From assembly GCA_905250875.1 (NCBI GenBank), contig CAJNOO010004244.1:7746-13784 (forward strand): a stretch of 6,039 bases of DNA. Direction: 5' to 3'. The notes beneath the pieces were generated by a model. That model had not been told where the DNA came from. It saw only the letters and a program-made list of their open reading frames with translations, and ran no database searches. Source of the DNA: Rotaria sordida (taxonomy: Eukaryota). Each line of letters opens with the position of its first letter. Within the stretch, counting starts at the first letter, position 1. A program made the translations under genes and the position numbers. Shown here in pieces: positions 1 to 6,039 of this stretch.

Positions 1-68
1 TTCGTTCTAAAAGATGTTCAGCAACTTCATCAGACGACACTTTGGTACCATTGACATCTAACACAGCA
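1..68 (-). CDS. Helitron-like ORF, segment 3 (partial, runs off window)
   Basis: After a 53-nt GTAAGA...TTATAG intron (69-121) the frame continues open to the window edge: (S)AVLDVNGTKVSSDEVAEHLLER. There is no independent homology support for this short piece. Confidence 0.45.
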
Positions 69-121
69 CTATAACATAAACAATATTAGTACCAAAATAT
101 CAACATGTCTCTTTGTCTTAC

Positions 122-848
122 CTTGAGACTATGGGTATAGCTGTTGTATTGTTAAATTCAGATGCATTGATCAACGGATCAGGAATGTAACTTGCTCTTT
201 CATTTTCAGTTACTTCTACATTAGTAGAAATTTCCATAGTTGCCCATAAACACTCCAGTACATCATCGTCAGGTAATTTGTTGATAATTGATTGATTAAT
301 TGTAACATTGCGAGACAAAGGATTATTCTGTCTAAGCCATTGAAGTGCTTTGAAAACTTTCTTTTTCCGAACGGTCAAAACATTTTTTAATTGGTTTCGT
401 TGCGGAGGACGATATCCAACAAAGATTATCTTTAGAGAATCACATAGATCATCTAAATCTAGTGGTAAGGTAGTAGCTATGTTAATAACATCTTGGGGAA
501 AACTTATGCAATTTCCCTTTAAAGCTGATTGAGCTGTACTTGTCGAATGAAAAGGCGAATGTAACTTAACAATTCAGCTATTATGCCTATAAAGAGCAAT
601 CAGTTTTTGCTCAGGAATTGTTAATCCTTGTAGTTGTTCTGGAATATCCCCAACCCATATTTTGTTGGCAGGCGAAAATTTCGGTATTTTCTCTTTTATT
701 AGAGACGACCAACACTCTGAACAAATCTCACAGTGAACCGAATATCGTCTTTTTCTCTGAACAGTTTTATGCAATCCTGCTGTATAAAAAACGATACCAT
801 TTACACAAGTAAATGGCTTTTTAGGCATTGTTGATTGAGCATTTGTAT
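122..848 (-). CDS. Helitron-like ORF, segment 2 (Cys block, LKGNxIxFPQD and ALQWLxxNNP motifs)
   Basis: ORF-track entries 574..828 and 118..378 are in the same frame (828 and 378 are both 0 mod 3). Only TGA 574-576 separates them, and the stretch between reads IVKLHSPFHSTSTAQSALKGNCISFPQDVINIATTLPLDLDDLCDSLKIIFVGYRPPQRNQLKNVLTVRKKK. The segment starts after acceptor tttcag (849-851 on minus) and ends at donor AG|GTAAGA (intron starts at 121). Confidence 0.65.
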
Positions 849-904
849 CTGAAATTGAAAAGAAGATTATTTACTGTGTTAGCTTACGTATGAGCAAGAC
901 CAAC

Positions 905-1559
905 CTCCTGCTTTTTCTGTTCGAAACAAAGCCATGCCAAGGTCGTCACTCATGTTAAGATTATCATGTGACTGGAATGGGTTCGTTTCCTACATTCCCG
1001 GAATTATGTCATAAAAATCATCGGGCACTTTCAGTAATTCAATAGACGGTATTTTACTGAACGGTATGTGATGGAGATCACGTTTGTAGCAACGAACGTT
1101 ACAAATACCGCAAACACCTTCTTGCAGAGAACTCATCGACATATGTTGAATAAAGTCCTTTAAACAGTTCTTCTTACGTTCAATATCAATAGGTTTTGGC
1201 CATTCAAAGTCGTTACTTTCTTGTACTTTTGTTTTCACCGTTTCTTGTTGGTGCTTGCCACTTTTTCGAAGCTGCTTTCTCTGACGAGCAGATGCGCGCT
1301 GATGTTCGAGTTCATCAGGTGTGTAAGCAGCTCGTCTTGCGGCACTTCTTTTGCGAGCTACTACACGTTGTTCTTCAGCTTCTTTTGGTGATACAGTAGC
1401 TCGTTTACTCATGCTTTTTTTGGTAGCAAGCACTCGCTGATATTCGATTTCTTTCGATGAAAAAGTAGCACGTCAAGCTTCTGTTTTCTCACGAGTAATT
1501 GCTCGCTGTTGTACGATTTCATCAGGTGTTATCGATTTAGGATCTGTAGTATGTACATT
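905..1559 (-). CDS. Helitron-like ORF, segment 1 (basic 23-aa repeats plus first Cys-rich block)
   Basis: This extends ORF-track 990..1433 in the same frame. Upstream it is open to the TAG at 1560-1562, crossing TGA 1473-1475. Downstream it crosses TAG 990-992 (..DIIPGM*ETNPFQSHDNLNMSDDLGMALFRTEKAG) to a candidate donor G|GTTGGT at 904. The donor choice is an inference; it is the one that restores the frame of the next segment. Confidence 0.5.
1260..1535 (-). repeat. 4 x 69-bp in-frame tandem repeat (23-aa units) inside the transposase ORF
   Basis: The units are SITPDEIVQQRAITREKTEA*RA, TFSSKEIEYQRVLATKKSMSKRA, TVSPKEAEEQRVVARKRSAARRA and AYTPDELEHQRASARQRKQLRKS. Unit boundaries are 1535-1467, 1466-1398, 1397-1329 and 1328-1260. 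The repeat is also visible at nucleotide level (..gctgatgttcgagttcatcaggtgt.. versus ..gctgttgtacgatttcatcaggtgt..). Confidence 0.8.
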
Positions 1560-1570
1560 CTAGTGAGCTA

Positions 1571-1908
1571 TGAATACCCTGAAAAGAATTCATGCTGTAG
1601 ACTTATTGTTGTGTATACAGTAGTTTTTAAAGAAATGTCGTAGTACTCTTCAGGAAAAAAATCCTTTTCAAGTTTCGATTTGAAACTTTGTATACAGACA
1701 GATCTTAACGAGAATAGTTTATTGTGAAAGCTTTAAGTCTTTGAATTTGTGTCTAGGATAGGAAAAACAAAATGATCGATTTTCGTTAAGAACTGTCTGT
1801 ATGTAAAGTTTCAAGTCGAAATTCGAAAATGAGTTTTTCCTGAAGGCAACTAAAACTACTGTATACACAACAATAAGCTAAGGGCTCGTACTCTTTTCAG
1901 AATATGCA
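1571..1908. repeat. Foldback / long imperfect inverted repeat (MITE-like or hairpin locus)
   Basis: The left arm (~1579-1711) pairs with the right arm (~1783-1900) around a ~71-nt loop (1712-1782). There is a perfect 26-nt core: cttattgttgtgtatacagtagtttt at 1602-1627 against its reverse complement at 1852-1877. Inner matches include cttcaggaaaaa and ttgaaactttgtatacagacagatcttaacga versus tcgttaagaactgtctgtatgtaaagtttcaa. The left arm carries a short extra insertion. Confidence 0.85.
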
Positions 1909-2440
1909 GAATCAAAAGTAATAAATCTGTAGTGAAGCTACCCTGCTATTAAATTTGTAGTTATTCGTCAATATATTTAAAGGTGAATTAGAGTTTCAAA
2001 CAAGTGATTGAACCTATCCGTCTGCTTGTTATATTTTTTTTTTGCATTGAAAGTTGAGAAATGATTTTTTTTGATCATTCTGACTGGATACAATCCTATC
2101 TATTAATAGATTGCACTTACATCTTTCATTGTCTATTTGTTGCGTTCTCCATTTCGATTCTTACTTGCTTATCAGTATTATACTTTTTTGTTTCTAAATT
2201 ATATCTATATGACCGTAATAGGATGAAATTTTAATTAACCTTTTCAATTACTTAATTACATATATTAAAAAAAGCAAGTGCACAAACCATGACAAGCAAA
2301 CCTATTCAGAGTTCTAAAATGAAGTTCAATGATTATTAGCTGTTACTAAATTACCCGATAGATATATTAGACATAATTTGTATTCATAATTAACAATTAT
2401 ATTTTTTGAATAATAAATTAATATAATTATCTATTTCTAC

Positions 2441-3105
2441 GGTCCAGCTTTTGCTCCAATTGGTATTCCAGGTAATATATATCTTGAAGGTGTAAATACA
2501 ACAGAAATAATTATTGAACTTGAAACTGTTAATCTTGCTTCGTATAATACAGTAGATAAAACTTGGTAAGTTGATATTATGTTAAGTAGTAATAATGATC
2601 CATTTACAAGTAAATTAAAATTTATATTAGAAAATACAACATGGTCATATGAAACTACTGTAACATTTAATCATAATTTAACAATATCTTTATCAATATC
2701 AGATGAACATGTATTACATTGGCGGCCAAATGGATATGGTGATCAACCATTATATAATTCAGTTATTTTAAATCAAGATAATCGAATTGGTTCACGTTTA
2801 ATTGGTTTTCGTACAGTTCAACTTATACAACATGAATATGGAGCAGGAATAAATGGAACATCATTTTATTTTTCTATTAATTTTAAATCTATATTTATAA
2901 AAGGAAGTAATTGGATACCATCAGATTCATTTCAAAAACGTGTTAGTGATGAAAAATGTGAACGTTTACTACGTTCAGCTCAATTATCAAATATGAATAT
3001 GTTACGTATATGGGATGGTGGAATATATGAACGTAATTCATTTTATGAAATAGCCGATCGTTTAGGTATAATGTTATGGCATGATTTTATGTTTGCTTGT
3101 AGTCT
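2441..3105 (+). CDS. MANBA: beta-mannosidase exon A (5' boundary unresolved)
   Basis: The translation reads GPAFAPIGIPGNIYLEG...KTW*VDIMLSS...HWRPNGYGDQPLY...FYFSINFKSIFIKGSNWIPSDSF...NMLRIWDGGIYE...LGIMLWHDFMFACSL and includes ORF-track 2579..3109. The donor is CT|GTAAGT at 3106. There is no AG at 2439-2440 (tttctac|ggt), and upstream sequence is AT-rich with stops in all frames. Confidence 0.8.
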
Positions 3106-3164
3106 GTAAGTTTATTTAAATTATTAGTTTTGTTTTTTGTGTTTTCTTATATTTGAAAATTTAG

Positions 3165-3490
3165 TTGTCCTGTTGATGAACCATTTTTAACAAATGTTCA
3201 TGAAGTTATTTATCAAGTTAAACGAGTTCAACATCATCCATCTATTGTACTTTGGTTTGGAAATAATGAAAATGAAGCTGCTGTTGCACATTATTGGTAT
3301 GGTTTACCACAAGAAAAACTGAAAAAAACAAAAGATGATTATAGAAAACTATATGTTGATACAATTATCGATGCTGTTAAACAAACTGATAAAGGAAATA
3401 ATCGACCATTTGTTACTTCATCACCATGAAATGGACTTGAAACAATAATTGAAAATTATATTGCTAAGGATCCTCAAGATCCACTGTATG
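3165..3490 (+). CDS. MANBA: beta-mannosidase exon B (acid/base NENE motif)
   Basis: After acceptor aaaatttag the translation reads CPVDEPFLTNVHEVIYQVKRVQHHPSIVLWFGNNENEAAVAHYWYG...NNRPFVTSSP*NGLETIIENYIAKDPQDPLYG. It has no ATG, so it is absent from the ORF track. The donor is G|GTATAT at 3491. Confidence 0.85.
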
Positions 3491-3563
3491 GTATATAGAT
3501 TATAAAAATAGAATAAAGTTTACTTTTTTTTGTTGTGGAACGAGTTTCTGTTTTGTTTTTTAG

Positions 3564-3691
3564 GTGATGTTCATTTTTATGGATATCAGGATGATTCATG
3601 GGATCCAACAACATATCATATCGGATTTAAATTTTAATAGTTCATTTATTTTACATCGTGAACATTCAGAAAATCAATTGACTGCAATGAT
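3564..3691 (+). CDS. MANBA: beta-mannosidase exon C (disrupted: frameshift and deletion)
   Basis: Frame 2 gives GDVHFYGYQDDSWDPTTYHI and then hits TAA at 3635-3637. Homology resumes in the +1 frame from ~3624 as DLNFNSSFILHREHSENQLTAMM. The donor is AT|GTTTGT at 3692. Confidence 0.7.
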
Positions 3692-3750
3692 GTTTGTTAT
3701 TTTATATTAATCAAAAAAATTTATTTTGATTTTTGTTTTTTAATTTCTAG

Positions 3751-3921
3751 GAAACATATTGAAAGTAATTTATCATTACCAGTAACAAATGATTCATTAA
3801 GAAATTTTGCTCAATTAATTTATTTAAGTCAAATAAATCAAGCTATGACATTAAAAAGTGTAAGTGATCTTTGTCGACTTCATTCATCAACAGATATGAT
3901 TAATCCAAAAACAGGTCAAGG
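3751..3921 (+). CDS. MANBA: beta-mannosidase exon D
   Basis: After acceptor atttctag the translation reads KHIESNLSLPVTNDSLRNFAQLIYLSQINQAMTLKSVSDLCRLHSSTDMINPKTGQG, with no stops. The donor is GG|GTAAAC at 3922. The phase joins exons C and E correctly. Confidence 0.75.
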
Positions 3922-3977
3922 GTAAACTTTTTTTGTTTTTTTGTTCTACAAATATTTTATTCTTTGTTTTTTGTTAG

Positions 3978-4704
3978 TCATACCATGGGCTTAATGTATT
4001 GGCAAATAAATGATATTTGGCAAGCACCAACATGGGCAACAATTGAATATGGATTAAAATGGAAAATGAGTCATTATTATGTTGGTCATATGTATGCACC
4101 TGTTTATTCTATTGCTATGCTTACACCTTATTTAGCTAATGTTACAGATGAAAATGCTCAAGTTTCATTTTATGTTATTAATGAATTACTTAATGATACA
4201 CGTGGTGATTTAATATGTTCAATTTATACATTAGATACATTATCACCTCGTTTATCATTTGGAAATGATATTTTATTTACTTCACCTGATGTACAAAATA
4301 TTATGAGTTTTCCTTATTCATTATTAATGAAACGTGTTGATTGTAAAGATAATTCTCCATGTATAATTCATTGTTTATTAAATCATAATCAACATCAAAT
4401 AGGACAAACATTATTTTTAAATCGACCAAAAAATTATCAAGTATTAAATCCTAATTTACAAATTGAAAGTATTAAATAAATATCATCAACAGATTCTAAT
4501 ATAACGATTACTGTTGATCGACCAGCTTTATTTGTATGACTTGATATAACAGCTAATGTAACTGGTTATTTTTCACGAAATGGATTTCATATGTTTCAAC
4601 CAAGAATGACTATTAATTTTCATTCATGGATACCAATTAAAGATTTTGATAAAGATAATTTTGATATACGTCATACTTCATTGTTTGATGTTACATTACC
4701 ATAA
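3978..4704 (+). CDS. MANBA: beta-mannosidase exon E (C-terminal, two in-frame stops, then terminal TAA)
   Basis: After acceptor ttgttag the translation reads HTMGLMYWQINDIWQAPTWATIEYGLKWKMSHYY... (ORF-track 3964..4479). It continues in the same frame through TAA 4477-4479 and TGA 4537-4539: ..ESIK*ISSTDSNITITVDRPALFV*LDITANVTGYFSRNGFHMFQPRMTINFHSW...IRHTSLFDVTLP*. Confidence 0.8.
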
Positions 4705-4736
4705 TTCTTTTTTTTTCTTTCACTTGTTTTCAAAGC

Positions 4737-4746
4737 AATAAATAAA
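4737..4746 (+). promoter_or_regulatory. Polyadenylation signal(s), AATAAATAAA
   Basis: Two overlapping AATAAA hexamers lie ~35 nt downstream of the terminal TAA (4702-4704) of the mannosidase reading frame. Confidence 0.55.
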
Positions 4747-4924
4747 CTATACGATTTATTCATTAAGAATGATTAGATAAAAATCATTTCGAAAGAGTCT
4801 ATTTGTTCAAATGTATTCCTTTTCCGATATTAAACGACGGATATATGTGAATTATTTATAGATAATGATGATACATCATAGAACTGTGAGAAGTCGCTGA
4901 TTGAAACTAATTTAACTTGAAAAT

Positions 4925-5097
4925 TTCGTAAAAAATGTTTAAAAAAAAATTGTCAACGGAGGTAAAATGTGAAACTTACAGATGTTCTTTTACCTTATTC
5001 CCTCTACTGAAAGAAGGGTAATGCGCTGAGCAGCTACAACGACCAAATGTTCGTTTGTGTATTCGTCGTAGAGAACGAAAAGGATGTTCTTTTGATC
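4925..5097. repeat. Left copy of a diverged direct repeat flanking the 62-bp array
   Basis: Blocks shared with 5727-5840 appear in the same order: ttcg(t/a)aaaa, caacggag (4954-4961 versus 5745-5752), gctgagca, and tgtgta..ttcgtcg...ttgat. The left copy has a ~55-bp extra segment. The alignment was done by eye. Confidence 0.4.
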
Positions 5098-5146
5098 TAT
5101 TACAATATAATTTCTTCTAAATCTAGCAAATATCGTAAATGATATT

Positions 5147-5156
5147 GGGGGGGGGG
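5147..5156. repeat. G10 homopolymer at the left border of the array
   Basis: gatatt-gggggggggg-ttgtctcg, read directly from the sequence. Confidence 0.95.
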
Positions 5157-5680
5157 TTGTCTCGCAACCAATCAGATTTCGAATATTGAAAATCAAGCCA
5201 ATGAGATGTTTTCTGGGCTCGTCTCTCAACCAGTGGGATTTTGAGGGTCAAAAATCGAGCCAATGAGATGTTTTCTGCATTCGGCTTGCGGCCAAAGAGA
5301 CTGCGACAGTTGAAAATGAAGCGGATAAGATGTTTTCTGGGTCTGGCCCTCAACCAACGTGACTGCGACGGTTGAAAACTAAACCAATCATATGTTTCTA
5401 TGGTTTAGCTGTTAAGCGATATGTATGTTAGGGATGGGAATTCAGGGAATCGGATTTTTCTGCAGTGTGAGTCTCAGGCAGTTCTTTTAGGGTCTGGGAT
5501 CACAGTAAATGTGATGTTTTGTCAACTTAGATTGGAGCCAATAAAATGCTGAGACAGCGGCTTTAGGTAGTCAGCCGTTCTTTAAGTGTAGATGCGAGTC
5601 AATGAGCTATCTAGAATTAAGAATTCAGTCGATCGGATGTTTCTTTGGCTTACAGCTCAGCCAAGAAGTTTTTAGGGGTT
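5157..5680. repeat. Degenerate 62-bp tandem repeat array (~8 units) with 31-bp sub-period
   Basis: The anchor GCCAATGAGATGTTTTCTG occurs at 5197 and 5259. Diverged copies occur at 5321 (gcggataagatgttttctg) and 5383 (aaccaatcatatgtttcta), giving exact 62-bp spacing. Later units are more degenerate, with half-unit spacings. Each 62-mer is two diverged 31-mers (caaccaatcagatttcg... and gccaatgagatgttttc...). Confidence 0.85.
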
Positions 5681-5685
5681 GCGAA

Positions 5686-5696
5686 TTTTTTTTTTT
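5686..5696. repeat. T11 homopolymer at the right border of the array
   Basis: gcgaa-ttttttttttt-ggat, read directly from the sequence. Confidence 0.95.
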
Positions 5697-5726
5697 GGAT
5701 ATTTTCTCGGTCTAGTGTTAGCGAAT

Positions 5727-5840
5727 TTTTTCGAAAATATTTAACAACGGAGAAACATATTTTCTGACGTTTAAAATGTTAGGCTGAGCATTCTGTCTGT
5801 GTAAATATTCGTCGGAAATACACAGGGTTTTGTCTTTGAT
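5727..5840. repeat. Right copy of the diverged direct repeat flanking the 62-bp array
   Basis: See the left copy: ..aacaacggagaaacat..aggctgagcattctgtctgtgtaaatattcgtcggaaatacacagggttttgtctttgat.. Confidence 0.4.
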
Positions 5841-6039
5841 GGACACCTCAAAGCCAGTCTCTGAAATACTCAATCCATCTGAAAAAGCATCTGATATCAT
5901 GGGCGATCTTAATTTTAGCATGGCATTTGTTATGCTACAACTCTTTTCTTATACGAGTTTTCTTTCACTCTGCGAAAGAAACATCAGTGCAGCAATACTC
6001 ATCAGAAAAATGGACAAATCACTAGTGGTGTTAGCCCTG

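Larger units (their letters stand above)
1..1559 (-). mobile_element. Helitron-family Rep/Hel transposase gene, N-terminal part only (continues past the left edge); degenerate, with 3 in-frame stops
   Basis: The minus-strand translation is a single reading frame once two GT-AG introns are removed (849-904, 56 nt; 69-121, 53 nt). It contains motifs I recognise from the region upstream of the Rep domain in Helitron Rep/Hel proteins: Cys blocks GVCGICNVRC and HCEICSECW, then IPEQLQGLTIPEQKLIALYR, LKGNCISFPQD, IIFVGYRPP and KALQWLRQNNPLSRNVTIN. The HUH Rep and PIF1-type helicase domains would lie left of position 1 and are not seen. In-frame stops are TGA 1473-1475, TAG 990-992 and TGA 574-576. 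Confidence 0.7.
2441..4704 (+). pseudogene. MANBA: GH2 beta-mannosidase (MANBA-type), unprocessed 5'-truncated pseudogene or gene fragment, 5 exons
   Basis: Family motifs appear in order: GSNWIPSDSF, MLRIWDGGIYE, LGIMLWHDFMFAC, HPSIVLWFGNNENEAA, PFVTSSP*NG, GDVHFYGY, HTMGLMYWQINDIWQAPTWATIEYGLKWKM and PALFV*LD. Four GT-AG introns (59, 73, 59 and 56 nt) have consistent phases. Lesions are a missing N-terminus, TAA 2567-2569, TGA 3427-3429, TAA 4477-4479, TGA 4537-4539, and a frameshift plus ~25-codon deletion near 3617-3637. The terminal TAA is at 4702-4704. Confidence 0.8.

Noticed and set aside
849-887. 39-nt intron using the stronger GTAAGC donor at 887 in the transposase ORF
   Set aside because: Its length is a multiple of 3, so it does not connect the two observed frames (1433 is 2 mod 3, 828 is 0 mod 3). 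The 56-nt alternative with donor at 904 does. An undetected frameshift here remains possible.
350-1399. Plus-strand ORFs 350..532, 618..812 and 1196..1399
   Set aside because: They lie antisense to the motif-bearing Helitron reading frame, have low-complexity or odd composition, and show no recognisable homology. I treat them as shadow ORFs.
2566-2610. Mini-introns starting at the strong G|GTAAGT (2566) that would splice out TAA 2567-2569 in frame (21 nt to 2586, 24 nt to 2589 or 45 nt to 2610)
   Set aside because: The residues just after the stop (VDIMLSS) still align with the family (LEIESTF after the conserved W), so this is coding-derived sequence. Also, 21-24 nt is far below the 56-73-nt introns of this gene. 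The 65-nt option (to 2630) creates a TGA.
3626-3640. Programmed +1 ribosomal frameshift at TTT-TAA (Euplotes-like), since +1 slippage at 3635 restores the homologous frame
   Set aside because: About 25 conserved residues, including the nucleophile motif, are missing at the same point. A deletion explains both the gap and the frame change.
2567-4539. Alternative nuclear genetic code (TGA=Trp, TAA=sense) in a functional mannosidase gene, suggested by TGA lying on the conserved Trp of FVWLD
   Set aside because: The same copy lacks its N-terminal third and its nucleophile segment. TAA is also the apparent genuine terminator, followed by AATAAA. The other mannosidase TGA falls at a Ser/Thr position, and a TGA in the neighbouring TE aligns with Arg. 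Conventional 53-73-nt GT-AG introns do not resemble the lineages I know to have such codes. I keep it only as the minority alternative in the first finding.
2441-4704. Classical fungal RIP as the cause of the AT-richness and the stops
   Set aside because: CpA and TpG dinucleotides (caa, cca, cat, tgg, aca) remain abundant in the exons. The AT bias looks like ordinary third-position codon bias rather than RIP depletion. A milder transition bias is still possible.
4990-5353. Minus-strand ORFs 4990..5229 and 5123..5353 (MRDEPRKHLIGLIF.. and MRARPRKHLIRFIF..)
   Set aside because: The similar peptides arise from the 62-bp repeat read in different frames. Since 62 is not a multiple of 3, the array cannot encode a periodic protein. 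These are repeat artefacts.
5157-5680. CRISPR-like array (short conserved core with intervening sequence)
   Set aside because: The intervening segments are themselves homologous between units, so this is a plain degenerate tandem repeat. The context is eukaryotic and there are no cas genes.
5718-6039. ORF 5718..5921 (minus) and an open frame from ATG 5899 to the right edge (plus; MGDLNFSMAFVMLQLFSY...)
   Set aside because: Both are short and mutually overlapping, have no motif I recognise, and partly fall in the diverged flanking repeat. This is not enough to call a gene, although a gene starting near 5899 and continuing off-window cannot be excluded.

Overview
This is eukaryotic nuclear-type DNA, not a prokaryotic locus: it is AT-rich, has short GT-AG introns (53-73 nt) and carries an AATAAA signal. 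I see four blocks. (1) 1-1559, minus strand: the N-terminal ~480 codons of a Helitron-family Rep/Hel transposase gene that runs off the left edge. It has two apparent small introns, a 4 x 69-bp in-frame tandem repeat and three in-frame stops. (2) 1571-1908: a ~340-bp foldback (long inverted repeat) abutting the start of that ORF. (3) 2441-4704, plus strand: a five-exon copy of a GH2 beta-mannosidase (MANBA-type) gene. All four internal splice junctions and phases are intact, and the terminal TAA plus AATAAA sit where the family normally ends. It lacks roughly the first 190 codons, carries four in-frame stops (2 TAA, 2 TGA) and has a frameshifting deletion that removes the catalytic-nucleophile segment, so I call it an unprocessed pseudogene or gene fragment. 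(4) 5147-5696: a degenerate 62-bp tandem array with a 31-bp sub-period, rich in CCAAT-box-like motifs, bounded by G10 and T11 runs and by a pair of diverged direct repeats. No tRNA, rRNA or CRISPR was recognised. I do not see a coherent novel system. The most unusual signal is that two unrelated ORFs on opposite strands carry seven in-frame stops but almost no frameshifts. I read this as substitution-biased decay, but it deserves a check for recoding. Helitron capture of the mannosidase fragment is a testable explanation for the juxtaposition.
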